Positions 10,096-19,813 of a DNA stretch of 64,000 nt are shown here, in pieces. The notes under the pieces were generated by a model. That model was not told the DNA's origin, did no database searches, and was given only the letters and a program-made list of their open reading frames with translations. This stretch comes from an uncultured Opitutales bacterium (GTDB lineage Bacteria; Verrucomicrobiota; Verrucomicrobiia; Opitutales; UBA2987): positions 150,720-214,719 of the forward strand of contig CAZIUG010000015.1 of assembly GCA_964542645.1 (NCBI GenBank), given 5' to 3'. The number at the start of each line of letters is the position of its first letter. Position 1 is the first letter of the stretch. Position numbers and translations under genes: made by a program.

Positions 10096-11238
10096 ATGAA
10101 GTCTTCCGTTAATCTAGATGGTCCCCGATGTGCTAATGTCACCGACCTAGAAAGAATACTAGACCTGGCCAACGAGGTCATGCGACGGGCAAAAGGAATG
10201 GATCCTACAATTGCGAATGATTATTCTTTTATCTACAATAGAGAAAACGTCGAGAACATCGTGATTGTAAAAGACGGCGACCGAGTTGTCAGCTCAGCAG
10301 CCATCTGGGCTAATTCGGTTGAAGAAGCGAGAAGCAGAAAAATCCGAACTGGAGGCATCAACTGCGTGGCAACACTTCCAGGTTATCGAGGATATGGACT
10401 CGCCACAAAGGTGCTACAAGCAGCCGTCAAACATATGGAAGAGATCGGATGTCATATCGGACGACTAAGAACCGGAATCCCCAACTGGTATCACCGTCTA
10501 GGTTGGGAAAACGCCGGCTTTAGCTGCACCTATCGTTTGGTTCATTCGAACATTGTCCTTTTTCCCGAACTACCAGGCGATTTAAATCTCAAATTCGGAT
10601 CGGGATTTGATGATGAGACCATCGCCTCCATCGTCCGCCTGCGTCAATTTGACCAATTGGGTGGTGTACGCACTCAGGAAATCATGCGCGAACTATTGGC
10701 ATCAGGAAGGCACTCCTATCTAAAGGGTGGAAGACAGTATTTCTTAGCATTACGAAAAAGGTCACCAGTTGCCTACTGCATTACTAGAGGAGATAAAATC
10801 ATTGAATGGGGAGGCTCAGTAGAGTTGGTTTCCGGCCTCGTCCGGGCTTGTTTCTACCACAAATTTGGAGCAAGAGAGGGACAGCTTACTCCAGGACATC
10901 AAGAAAGAGTTTCTTCTAGTCCTGAGCTGATGTTGGTAGCACCGAAGAATGGACATCCTTTCGCCGATTTTCTAGATTCTACATTGCTTCCAGTCTCCAG
11001 AGATTACTGGGGAATGCTTTATATTATTAATCCCCGAAGCATCCTAGATGCATGCGGACTCAATGACATCTCAGTAACAGAGAATAATGGAATTTTCACA
11101 CTCACTCGCAGCAATGAATCCGTAACTGTCAATCGCCAAGAAATTGCTAAATTATTTTTTGGACCTGAACGGATCAGTGATTTTGCTAGTGAAGTTTTGC
11201 CATTAACTTTCTGGGAGTGGCCCTTGGAGGACGTATAG
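10096..11238 (+). CDS. GNAT family N-acetyltransferase with an Eis-like multi-domain architecture
   Basis: GNAT acetyl-CoA motif LPGYRGYGLATKVLQAAV, followed by about 230 further residues, as in Eis-type GNAT-GNAT-SCP2 proteins. The track starts at TTG 10075. The ATG at 10096 has AGAGG 7 nt upstream. Confidence 0.75.
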   Translation: MKSSVNLDGPRCANVTDLERILDLANEVMRRAKGMDPTIANDYSFIYNRENVENIVIVKDGDRVVSSAAIWANSVEEARSRKIRTGGINCVATLPGYRGYGLATKVLQAAVKHMEEIGCHIGRLRTGIPNWYHRLGWENAGFSCTYRLVHSNIVLFPELPGDLNLKFGSGFDDETIASIVRLRQFDQLGGVRTQEIMRELLASGRHSYLKGGRQYFLALRKRSPVAYCITRGDKIIEWGGSVELVSGLVRACFYHKFGAREGQLTPGHQERVSSSPELMLVAPKNGHPFADFLDSTLLPVSRDYWGMLYIINPRSILDACGLNDISVTENNGIFTLTRSNESVTVNRQEIAKLFFGPERISDFASEVLPLTFWEWPLEDV

Positions 11239-11432
11239 CATAGAGACACCGAACAGCTCTTCAGGAATATCTGCTATAACTAACAGAACAAAATACACTC
11301 CTAATGCACAGTGGGTCGCCACATCCATGGCCTTCCTGAATCCGAAAATGCAATTGGTCTCGACTCGGGCACAACAACCAAGTTCACCATAATAGTTTTG
11401 CCATAGAGAAGAAGGACTCTCCCTATAGGATT

Positions 11433-12572
11433 ATGGACAGGGTATCGGTAGCAACTTTCGAGGGGCCCGGGAGGAATCCTAAGATCAGGTCCGTTCCTAG
11501 GCCAGAAGTTCCGGACAAGGCTGCCCTGATTCAAATAGAAGCCTGTGGAGTTTGCGGCACTGATCTGCACATACTTGCAGGACACTGGCCCAAACCGTTA
11601 CCATGGCCCTTCACCCTTGGGCATGAACTAGCAGGAACAATTATTGAGATTGGATCAAAACTAAAAACAGATTTTATGGGCCACCCGCTCGGCGTTGGCA
11701 GTAAAGTTATGCTGCCTCCATTGATGTCGTGCGGTGTGTGCCACTACTGTGTACACTATCCTGAAAATGCCAACCGCTGCCTAAATCCGACCTATTACGG
11801 ACGCTACTTACCCTTTAAAAAGCCTCCTCACCTTTGGGGAGGCTGGGCAGAAATGGTCTATGTCGATTTTAATATGCTTCCTGCCACCAAAATATACTGT
11901 CTACCCAATGATATGCCGCTGATGCTCGGATCTCTCTCTGAACCTCTTACATCCTGCATTCGTGCTCTCAACCGGGCAATCTCAGTTGGTGGATTTAGAG
12001 TTGGTGATACCGTAGTAATTCAAGGATCAGGCCCCATAGGCTTACTGAGTCTAGTTGCCGCACAAGAGATGGGAGCGGGCAGCGTGGTCGTAGTGGGCGC
12101 CCCAGAGAAACCGCGACTTGAATTGTGCCGAGCCTTTGGCGCTAACGCTACAATCTCGATAGAAGATCACAAAATTCCCGAGGATCGTATCAGTACAATT
12201 CGCAACATTATTGGAGGTTACGGAGCAGATTTAGTCCTAGACTGTTCTGGCCATCCTTCGGCAGGTCCTGAAGGCATAGAAATGCTTCGAGACGGAGGCA
12301 CATACGTTGAGATGGGCCAATTTACTGATGCAGGATCAATAGAAACCAACTGGCACCGAATCTGTAGTAAAGACATCAACCTTTTAGGCAGTTGGGCATT
12401 CACCGCAAACGACATACCACTGGCCATCAATATGCTTAATCGCGCTCGAGATCGCTTCCCTTGGCATCGGATACAAACAAAGTTTCCATTCAATGAAGTT
12501 GGCCTTATCAATGCTATAGAATGTGCCAAGTCAATGAAGTGTGTTAAAGCAACTATAGTTCCAAACCAGTGA
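11433..12572 (+). CDS. zinc-dependent alcohol/polyol dehydrogenase (MDR family)
   Basis: Catalytic zinc motif ACGVCGTDLH, structural zinc cluster CGVCHYCVHYPENANRC, and NAD fold VVIQGSGPIGL. Confidence 0.85.
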   Translation: MDRVSVATFEGPGRNPKIRSVPRPEVPDKAALIQIEACGVCGTDLHILAGHWPKPLPWPFTLGHELAGTIIEIGSKLKTDFMGHPLGVGSKVMLPPLMSCGVCHYCVHYPENANRCLNPTYYGRYLPFKKPPHLWGGWAEMVYVDFNMLPATKIYCLPNDMPLMLGSLSEPLTSCIRALNRAISVGGFRVGDTVVIQGSGPIGLLSLVAAQEMGAGSVVVVGAPEKPRLELCRAFGANATISIEDHKIPEDRISTIRNIIGGYGADLVLDCSGHPSAGPEGIEMLRDGGTYVEMGQFTDAGSIETNWHRICSKDINLLGSWAFTANDIPLAINMLNRARDRFPWHRIQTKFPFNEVGLINAIECAKSMKCVKATIVPNQ

Positions 12573-12672
12573 AACCAGAAATGTAGTAGATGGGACGGAA
12601 TCGCCTTTTACCGCCATCTAAATGTAAACCGCTGCGCCCACAAAACAAAGGCTAGAACCAGGGATTTCCCGA

Positions 12673-13911
12673 TCACGAGAAAAAATTCCTGTATCTTTGG
12701 TTGAACTCTTCGGATCCATCATCCACCTCCAGATCTAAAGATATACCAGGAAGGAAACCTAGAATCTTGCCGGCTAGAAAATCCTGTCGGTAACTGCCAT
12801 CGGAATAATAGGCCTTCTTGCCATCGGGCCAATTAATAGTGTGGATCTGCCGTTTTATTTCCAACTTAAAATCAGACTCAACCCGGAAGTTCTCAATTGC
12901 ATCTCTATCTACTTCAATCCCGAGACCCGGCGCCTCCGGCACTCTTACACATCCTCCTTCGACCCTAAATCCCTTAATAAGCGAATTCGAGAAAATATTG
13001 ATGCACGGAATAGCGGGCCAACGGGCGTGGGAGAGGACAGCACCAAGATGCACCGAGAACATAGTAGTCAGTCCAGTTCCAACCATCTGCAACCAGAAAG
13101 GCATTTTCGCATGTTCTGCTAATGTTCCTTGGCTCATAACGCTGCTGGCACCTCCACCAATGACAAATCCGTCGCACACTCCTTCCCTAATAGCCGTTAT
13201 CACCGGCGGATCACCGAAATGCATTGCGATCGGACTCTGAATCTTTCTTCGTAAAAGCGAATTACCATTGACGTCGCTTTGAGGAATTGGTGATTCAACA
13301 ATTGCAAGGTTGCTGTACTTTTCCTCCAAACTCCGAATCAATGGTGCTGCTTGGTCTACCCCCAAGAGCAATCCATTGAAATCCATATCCAATTTGAAGT
13401 GAGGGGAGACGACTTCACACACCGCTGCCATCTGTTTCTCTGGATCAAACCATGGACGAGCTTTTACCTTCATACTCGTAAAGCCGTGTTCTTCTGCGGC
13501 CTTGGCCTCTGCCGCCCATTCCGCTGGAATTCGATCTTGAGTCCACCACGATACCGGACAGGCATCTCGATATTGCAATCCCATTAGTCTATGGCATGGG
13601 ACACCCATCGCTTTCCCAGCCGCATCAAACAAGGCCATCTGTAGCCCAGCCCCGAGACCATCATCCCATAAAAAGTCAAAAAGGTTTTTTCCTTTAACCC
13701 GTTCAAATTGAGACTCGCCAGACTGCCCCCAGGTATACCGGGTCAGAGTTTCCCCGATTCCTTTCACCCCACAGGATAACGTCACCTCGACGACGTCCAC
13801 CAATGACCAAAAAGGTACACGAACCTCTTTGACTTTTGCGCAACGCGGATGAAAGGGAACGTGTAAAACAGTCGATTCGATACTCTTGATTTCGAAATCC
13901 TTTGAAGTCAT
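12673..13911 (-). CDS. enolase superfamily enzyme (mandelate racemase/muconate lactonizing enzyme-like)
   Basis: 412 aa. It has an N-terminal capping-domain pattern (..GIGET..) and a barrel region (FTSMKVKA, LDMDFNG, IVESPIP) matching the metal-ligand spacing of MR/MLE proteins. Confidence 0.8.
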   Translation of the reverse strand: MTSKDFEIKSIESTVLHVPFHPRCAKVKEVRVPFWSLVDVVEVTLSCGVKGIGETLTRYTWGQSGESQFERVKGKNLFDFLWDDGLGAGLQMALFDAAGKAMGVPCHRLMGLQYRDACPVSWWTQDRIPAEWAAEAKAAEEHGFTSMKVKARPWFDPEKQMAAVCEVVSPHFKLDMDFNGLLLGVDQAAPLIRSLEEKYSNLAIVESPIPQSDVNGNSLLRRKIQSPIAMHFGDPPVITAIREGVCDGFVIGGGASSVMSQGTLAEHAKMPFWLQMVGTGLTTMFSVHLGAVLSHARWPAIPCINIFSNSLIKGFRVEGGCVRVPEAPGLGIEVDRDAIENFRVESDFKLEIKRQIHTINWPDGKKAYYSDGSYRQDFLAGKILGFLPGISLDLEVDDGSEEFNQRYRNFFS

Positions 13912-13984
13912 AACGCACCTAAATATTGGAATTAATAGAGGAGATCCAAGATATTCAACTCTCGGTTCTGTTCATGGAAATTAT

Positions 13985-14022
13985 AAAACAAATTAGGAAA
14001 ACTCTCGGTTCGACTACCGAGA
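13985..14022 (-). terminator. possible intrinsic terminator downstream of the MSOX-like gene
   Basis: 7-bp stem TCTCGGT/ACCGAGA (14003-14009 and 14016-14022) with a 6-nt loop. On the minus strand it is followed by GTTTTCCTAATTTGTTTT. Confidence 0.4.
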
Positions 14023-14071
14023 ACCAGCCTTGCAGATGCAATCACAATGGATTGAACCATGAGCTAACCCA

Positions 14072-15208
14072 CTAGAACCTATCAATTTTCAAGAATTCAA
14101 TAGGATACTTCGTCTCTCCATCCACAGCAAGATCACCCAGAACCTCTCCGATAACCGAAGCAAACTTGAATCCATGACCTGAGAATCCGGCCGCAATCAC
14201 CACATTTCTGTACTCCGGATGGAAATCAACGATAAAATTCTCATCGGGAGACATAGAATATAAACAAGTAGTAAACTTACTCCTCTTTGGGCTTAATAGC
14301 GGGAAAAATTGACCTAAAAACTCAAGCATCGGCTTTTCGTCATCTTCCCCCAACCGCCGGTTTACTTTCAAAGGATTAGCTATCTCGTTACGGGTTAGAT
14401 TATGCTCCGCTACCTTCAGCCCCCAGTTGTCAGTTACCGGAAATCCGTAGATAAACTCTGAACCGCTTCCGATACCGATACCGAAACATGGAAAGACTTC
14501 TCGCCTGTAATTCTCAACCCCGGATCCAAGATACCAAAGTAAAACTTTGCGTAAGATCTTAATCTCAATCCCAATCTCTTGTAGCGTTCGTACTGACCAA
14601 GAACCTGCTGTCAAAATCAATCGGTCCGCTGTCAAATTTCTTCTTTCCGTTTCCACCAAGACTCTATCGCCTTCAGATTTCCAAGAAAGCACGGTTTCGC
14701 TAGTATGAAGAGTTGCCCCATGTTTTCGAGCCAGCGAGGCATACTGCCTAACGCACTCTTCAACCCGAAGTATGCCCCCGAAGGGATCGAAAGTTGCAAC
14801 CCAATCCTCAGGTAGATTCAATTGAGGATAGAGTTGATCGACCTCTGATCCCTGCATCGCCGTATGGGGTAACTCATGTTTTTGATAGCAGTCTTTAAGT
14901 CCCTTGGTTATCTCCGATTTAGGAGAACCAGCCAGCAACAAGCCAGTGCGCAAAAGGAGCTCAGCTCCTGTCTCTTTTTCAAGTTGCTCCCATAATTCAT
15001 AAGCTCGGTTGAGCAAAGGAATATAACTAGGATGCTCCATATAAGCTTTCCGAATAATCCGGGTGTCCCCGTGTGATGAGCCACGATCATGGGCAATTTC
15101 AAAACGCTCAATCCCACAGACCCGGATTCCGCGTTTCGCCAAATGATAAAGTGTCGAACTCCCCATCCCTCCAACACCAAGGACAATTACATCATAATGG
15201 TTATCCAT
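14072..15208 (-). CDS. FAD-dependent secondary-amine oxidase (monomeric sarcosine oxidase / N-methyl-L-tryptophan oxidase family)
   Basis: N-terminal dinucleotide fold DVIVLGVGGMGSS. HGDTRIIRKAY, TCLYSMSPDENFIVD (the position of the covalent-FAD Cys in MSOX/MTOX) and GFSGHGFKF are also present. Confidence 0.85.
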   Translation of the reverse strand: MDNHYDVIVLGVGGMGSSTLYHLAKRGIRVCGIERFEIAHDRGSSHGDTRIIRKAYMEHPSYIPLLNRAYELWEQLEKETGAELLLRTGLLLAGSPKSEITKGLKDCYQKHELPHTAMQGSEVDQLYPQLNLPEDWVATFDPFGGILRVEECVRQYASLARKHGATLHTSETVLSWKSEGDRVLVETERRNLTADRLILTAGSWSVRTLQEIGIEIKILRKVLLWYLGSGVENYRREVFPCFGIGIGSGSEFIYGFPVTDNWGLKVAEHNLTRNEIANPLKVNRRLGEDDEKPMLEFLGQFFPLLSPKRSKFTTCLYSMSPDENFIVDFHPEYRNVVIAAGFSGHGFKFASVIGEVLGDLAVDGETKYPIEFLKIDRF

Positions 15209-15463
15209 TCTTGTTCTCTACATCTCTAACCCAGTCTATTCTAATGAAAGCCCCCAGCTACAATCTCTGTTTAGAACCGGTAATCAGAAATAACATGACG
15301 ACTCCATCGACAGGAATATAAAGGATGATGGAAAAATGCAGTCATGAGAATTCGAAGCATTATTTACTGGTTCACCTAAAACAGTTGTTTGGCCAAATAG
15401 GGTAAAGTCGGATTATGCTTAATCGGTGATCCTAGTTATATGGAAACAGAGAAATGTTTGTTC

Positions 15464-17071
15464 CTACTTAATAGAAGGTGCCGCAACCCCTTCTATAATA
15501 ACGTTAACACAAGAAGGCAATCCCGATGAAAAGGCTCGCCGAATCGCGGGCGTGAGTTCGTCACAACTCTGCACAAACTCTCCGTGCCCTCCCATAGATT
15601 CGACGATCTGGTCATAGCGCAAATGTTGGAGGTCGCAGCCAATTGTTCGATCTTCTCCATAGTTTTTTATCTGCAATTGATGTTCGGCATTCCAGCGAGC
15701 ATCGTTCCCAACCAAAACGATTACAGGAAGATCATAACGCAGCGCAGTGTCAAAGTCCATGGCGTGATATCCAAAAGTACCGTCGCCCTGAAAGACAAAA
15801 ACCGAACGGTCAGGGTAATGAAGCCTGGCCGATAACCCCAACCCCATCGAACTACCGATCGAGCCTGAAGGACCATTGATGAGCCGATAATCTGTCTCCA
15901 GTCCAGCTTGTGCCCACTGACCAAACTCTCCTCCGTCACTCACTAAGATCGCACCTTCATCGAGATAAGGTTGAACCGCTCGACAGATCGCCAGTGGATG
16001 AATAGGCTGGTTCTCTACTAAATCATACCATTCTGAAGGTCTAGATTCGCGCTGTGTAACCACTTCTGAAAACCAGGAATTCCGTGACCATTCAATGTTA
16101 CCAACCACCGAACAGAGTTGTTGTAACGCTTTACAGGGATCCGCCCTTACCTTCAACACAACCTTATCTCTCTTCCCCAACTCTTCCTCATCAGCATCAA
16201 TTTGTATAAAATGACATTTATTATTGAAAAAAGGCGATTGCCCAAACTTCAGGGTGAAGTCCAGTTTTTTACCGACTAGCAAAACAGAATCTGCATGACA
16301 AAGACAGTTCCCCGCCCGGCGTAGCCAAGGATCGTCCACACCTCGTGGACTCTCCATTGGAAGAGCGGGTATTCCCGTAATCGCCGAAAGAGTTTCAACT
16401 GTTTTCCATCGAGGAAATCGTCCCATTGCCGGCCCAACCAAGATAAGAGGATTTTTTGCAATACTAAGCGTTCTCAGAATTTGTTCAATTTGGTCTTCGG
16501 TTAAGTCGGGAAGTTCGGTTAAGTCGGGAAGTGTTTTACCTTTAAACTTGATCTCTGTTTCTTCTGAAAATGTTGATTCAGTAAGATCTACGGGTAAACT
16601 AAGGAACACGGGCCCGGGTCGTCCTCCCGTTGCAATGTCAAAGGCCCGATCAATCGCGACTCCAATCTCCATCGGATCCTCAACTGACCATGCCGCCTTA
16701 CAAACCGGTTTAACAATGGCAACCTGATCCATCTCCTGGAACGCCCCCTGCCCTACCTGAGCTCTTGGACTGCTTCCGCTCAACAGTAATACAGGCGACT
16801 CCGCCATCATGGCAACGTAGAGAGCGGAAACCGCATTACAATGTCCTGGACCCGCAGTGAGAAGGGCTACACCGGGTTCCTGAGAGAGTCGGCCCCATCC
16901 ATCGGCCATGTGTACTGCAGTTGCTTCGTGACGTGTGTGTATAATCTCAATCTCACGTCCAATACAGGCATTGTAAATTGAGAGAATCTGATTTCCGGAA
17001 AGAGAGAAAAGGTGTCTAACACCCTTCGATATTAGGGATTCAACCAGGATATTCGCGCAAGTCTCGGCCAT
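15464..17071 (-). CDS. thiamine-diphosphate-dependent enzyme (acetolactate-synthase-like family; substrate unknown)
   Basis: N-terminal PYR domain with HEATAVHMADGWGR and a C-terminal ThDP motif GDGTFGYHAMDF...VLVGNDARWN. 535 aa. Confidence 0.85.
   Translation of the reverse strand: MAETCANILVESLISKGVRHLFSLSGNQILSIYNACIGREIEIIHTRHEATAVHMADGWGRLSQEPGVALLTAGPGHCNAVSALYVAMMAESPVLLLSGSSPRAQVGQGAFQEMDQVAIVKPVCKAAWSVEDPMEIGVAIDRAFDIATGGRPGPVFLSLPVDLTESTFSEETEIKFKGKTLPDLTELPDLTEDQIEQILRTLSIAKNPLILVGPAMGRFPRWKTVETLSAITGIPALPMESPRGVDDPWLRRAGNCLCHADSVLLVGKKLDFTLKFGQSPFFNNKCHFIQIDADEEELGKRDKVVLKVRADPCKALQQLCSVVGNIEWSRNSWFSEVVTQRESRPSEWYDLVENQPIHPLAICRAVQPYLDEGAILVSDGGEFGQWAQAGLETDYRLINGPSGSIGSSMGLGLSARLHYPDRSVFVFQGDGTFGYHAMDFDTALRYDLPVIVLVGNDARWNAEHQLQIKNYGEDRTIGCDLQHLRYDQIVESMGGHGEFVQSCDELTPAIRRAFSSGLPSCVNVIIEGVAAPSIK
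16496..16531. repeat. perfect 18-bp tandem duplication (TTCGGTTAAGTCGGGAAG x2) inside the ThDP-enzyme CDS
   Basis: Read directly from the sequence. It is in frame and encodes LPDLTE-LPDLTE in the linker between the middle and C-terminal domains. Confidence 0.9.
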
Positions 17072-17175
17072 GGTCCTTAATTAAATTCGACTATTCCGGT
17101 TCTTCAAGGACTTAGTCACACATAATCAATTGTAAGTTAACAATATTCCCCCGAACTGGCACCCTTTGTTGGCTT

Positions 17176-17191
17176 ATCTAACATGTTAGAT
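17176..17191. promoter_or_regulatory. 16-bp perfect palindrome ATCTAACATGTTAGAT; candidate operator upstream of the ThDP-enzyme gene
   Basis: Perfect dyad read from the sequence. It lies 105 nt upstream of the start at 17071, in the 164-bp spacer. Confidence 0.3.
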
Positions 17192-17235
17192 GAATTACAA
17201 AATAACATGCCCCATAAATATCGCATGGGATATTT

Positions 17236-18219
17236 CTATTTAGGGAACACCGAGTAAGCTAATGTCATTGATGGAATCTGCCAATTCTTCACAGGGGATT
17301 CTAATTCACTGTCAGTGACAGAAAAACCCAATTTTTCGAAGGCAAAACGTTTCTCCTTATCTTCGAGTGCGACAAGAGTCCGAAATCGATCAACTCCTTG
17401 ATCTTTACCCCAAGAGAAGGCCGCTTCAATTAGTTCACTCCAAATTTCCTGACTGTAACGATGAGTGAAACCATCAACCCAGCAAACGTCATATTTATCG
17501 ATTCTAGCAGTTGAAAGCCCGACCAGACATCCCTTCAGCGTACGAGCCTCGAAGAAATAACCTCTTCCTCCCTTGACTAAGGTTTTGTAGCGTGGATAGA
17601 GCCCCATACACGATGACTGCACCATGTAGCGTGTCGAAAATAATCCAAGATTAAAGTCGAGTACAAGGCAATCATGCGGGGCCAGGATCAAAGGGATCAT
17701 TGGTATCCGAGCGGCGCAAGAACCAAGTGTCACAGAAGCCGAACCTCCTTGAGAGAAATAATCTATAAAGAATTCTTCAGGAGAGCATTTTCCCGTTAAA
17801 AGCAGCATCACATCAGCACCATCTAATTTGCGCCAACCAAGACGATGATAAACACGCGATGCCTCAGGATTTTTAGTCCCCAAAAAAAGCGCCTCGCCTC
17901 CAAGGTCAACAAAATCATCGCGAGCACGCGCACAGACGGCGGAAGCAATACCTTGGCGCCGGAAACGTGGAACAGTTACTACCTCCCCTATCCCACCGAG
18001 AAAAAACTGAGATCGAGAAATCGTTAGATGGCAAGTGCCTACGAACTCACCCTCTTTCCTTAAAAAATATATGACATCACGATTGTCGCAATTTTCCCCG
18101 CCCTCCATCATATTTTCAAACCCTTGATAATTCGAATCAAAAGTTCTTTCCCAGAGATTAAATAGCTTAGCTTTTAGTTCTTTGGAAATCGGGGGTTCAA
18201 GTTGATCGATCTCTATCAT
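17236..18219 (-). CDS. GNAT family N-acetyltransferase, two-domain
   Basis: GNAT motif VPRFRRQGIASAV, and the YHRLGW segment shared with the 10096-11238 GNAT. The second half also looks GNAT-like. 327 aa. Confidence 0.75.
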   Translation of the reverse strand: MIEIDQLEPPISKELKAKLFNLWERTFDSNYQGFENMMEGGENCDNRDVIYFLRKEGEFVGTCHLTISRSQFFLGGIGEVVTVPRFRRQGIASAVCARARDDFVDLGGEALFLGTKNPEASRVYHRLGWRKLDGADVMLLLTGKCSPEEFFIDYFSQGGSASVTLGSCAARIPMIPLILAPHDCLVLDFNLGLFSTRYMVQSSCMGLYPRYKTLVKGGRGYFFEARTLKGCLVGLSTARIDKYDVCWVDGFTHRYSQEIWSELIEAAFSWGKDQGVDRFRTLVALEDKEKRFAFEKLGFSVTDSELESPVKNWQIPSMTLAYSVFPK

Positions 18220-18260
18220 TGCATACTAAGTTACAACTCGTAAAAATAACGGTATAATTT

Positions 18261-19595
18261 ATGTCAATTCAAACTTCTTTATTAGCTCAAGACAGTAAGT
18301 ACCTTCTACATCCCCTCCATCATCCAGAAACCCACAAGTCTCCTCTCATCATCAGTTCTGGTGATGGCATATTGCTTCGGACCGTTGAAGGGCGGGAATA
18401 TATTGATGGGCTCGCCGGTCTTTGGAACGTACTTATAGGGCACGGGAGTGAGGAACTTGCAGGTGTTGCCCAAATGCAGATGGAAACGATAGCTTACTGT
18501 TCTAACTACACGGGTTCGGTCAATATTCCAGTCATTGAACTTTCTGAGAAATTAGCCGGCTTTGCCTATCCAAATCTCAGCACCACCTACTTTGCATCAG
18601 GAGGAGCAGAAGCAAATGAAAGCGCCTTCAAAACTGTTCGCTATTACTGGAAACGAAAAGGCAAACCAAAAAAGGTTAAAATCATAGCTAGAATGGATGC
18701 TTATCATGGAGTAACACTGGGAGCAATGAGCGCAACAGGGATTCCAGCTTATTGGCATATGTTCGAACCTCGTTTGCCTAATTTTCTCCACATACCGTCG
18801 CCTAATCCGTTTAGATATCAGGGTGATATACAAACAGACGAAACAGTTGGGATGGCAGCAGCTCGGGCACTAGAAGAAGCCATATTAAGAGAGGGACCCG
18901 ATACTGTGGGAGGGCTTATAGCGGAACCAGTGCAAGGGGCGGGTGGAGTGATAGTACCTCCGGACGATTATTTCCCTCGGGTTCGCGAAGTTTGTGACCG
19001 CTATAATATCCTACTAATTGCCGACGAGGTTATCACTGGATTCGGACGCACGGGGGAATGGTTTGCTCTGAAGCATTGGGGAATTCAACCGGATATAATG
19101 ACTTTCGCAAAAGGTATCACAAGCGGATATCTCCCTCTGAGTGGAATCCAAATTTCCGACGACATCTATGAAGTCATCGTCAGGGCACCGCCAGAACAGA
19201 CGTGGATGCACGCTAACACTTACTCCGGTCATCCAGCCTGTTGCGCGGTAGCAATCAAAAATTTGGAGATTCTGGAACGCCAAAGGTTAGTGCAACGTGC
19301 GGAAAAAAGAGGCCGTCAGATGCTCTCAAGGCTAACCACACTCAAAGATTTCACCTGCGTGGGGGATGTCCGAGGCCTCGGGCTCATGTGCGCAGTTGAA
19401 TTCGTGTCTGATCGTAAAACAAAAGCACCTGCTGGCATTGGGGAGAAAGTAAGAAATGCCTGTATTGATCGCGGGCTTTTTACTCGGATAAAGGGTGATA
19501 TTCTAATGCTGGCTCCTCCCCTAATTATCACAGAAGAAGACGTTGATAAAATAGTTCAAATATTGCGCGAATCAATTAACTCAGTAGTATTATGA
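18261..19595 (+). CDS. class-III (omega-type) PLP aminotransferase
   Basis: SGGAEANE, LIADEVITGFGRTG and the Schiff-base Lys in TFAKGITSGYLP. 444 aa. Confidence 0.9.
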   Translation: MSIQTSLLAQDSKYLLHPLHHPETHKSPLIISSGDGILLRTVEGREYIDGLAGLWNVLIGHGSEELAGVAQMQMETIAYCSNYTGSVNIPVIELSEKLAGFAYPNLSTTYFASGGAEANESAFKTVRYYWKRKGKPKKVKIIARMDAYHGVTLGAMSATGIPAYWHMFEPRLPNFLHIPSPNPFRYQGDIQTDETVGMAAARALEEAILREGPDTVGGLIAEPVQGAGGVIVPPDDYFPRVREVCDRYNILLIADEVITGFGRTGEWFALKHWGIQPDIMTFAKGITSGYLPLSGIQISDDIYEVIVRAPPEQTWMHANTYSGHPACCAVAIKNLEILERQRLVQRAEKRGRQMLSRLTTLKDFTCVGDVRGLGLMCAVEFVSDRKTKAPAGIGEKVRNACIDRGLFTRIKGDILMLAPPLIITEEDVDKIVQILRESINSVVL

Positions 19596-19813
19596 CCGAG
19601 AATCGAAAAAGTTTTCTTCGCCAGCATAAAACGTGGGATTACTGATCTTTAAGAACAAGGACCCATCGGGCGCTGTTCCCAGGAAGCAAATCGTCAGATT
19701 CCCTCTTTGACTCGACAGCAACCCGACCCGACCGGGGAGCCTCAAAAAACTAGTAGCTGATCAATACTCTACACTAATCTTTTTTCTAGTCGAAACGGCT
19801 ATTAAGTTGCAAT

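Noticed and set aside
8057-17071. Reading the region as the canonical myo-inositol catabolic operon (IolG, IolE, IolD).
   Set aside because: Only the three enzyme families are represented. iolB, iolC, iolJ and iolA are missing, and the ThDP enzyme is about 100 aa shorter than typical IolD. I therefore report it only as a family-level analogy.
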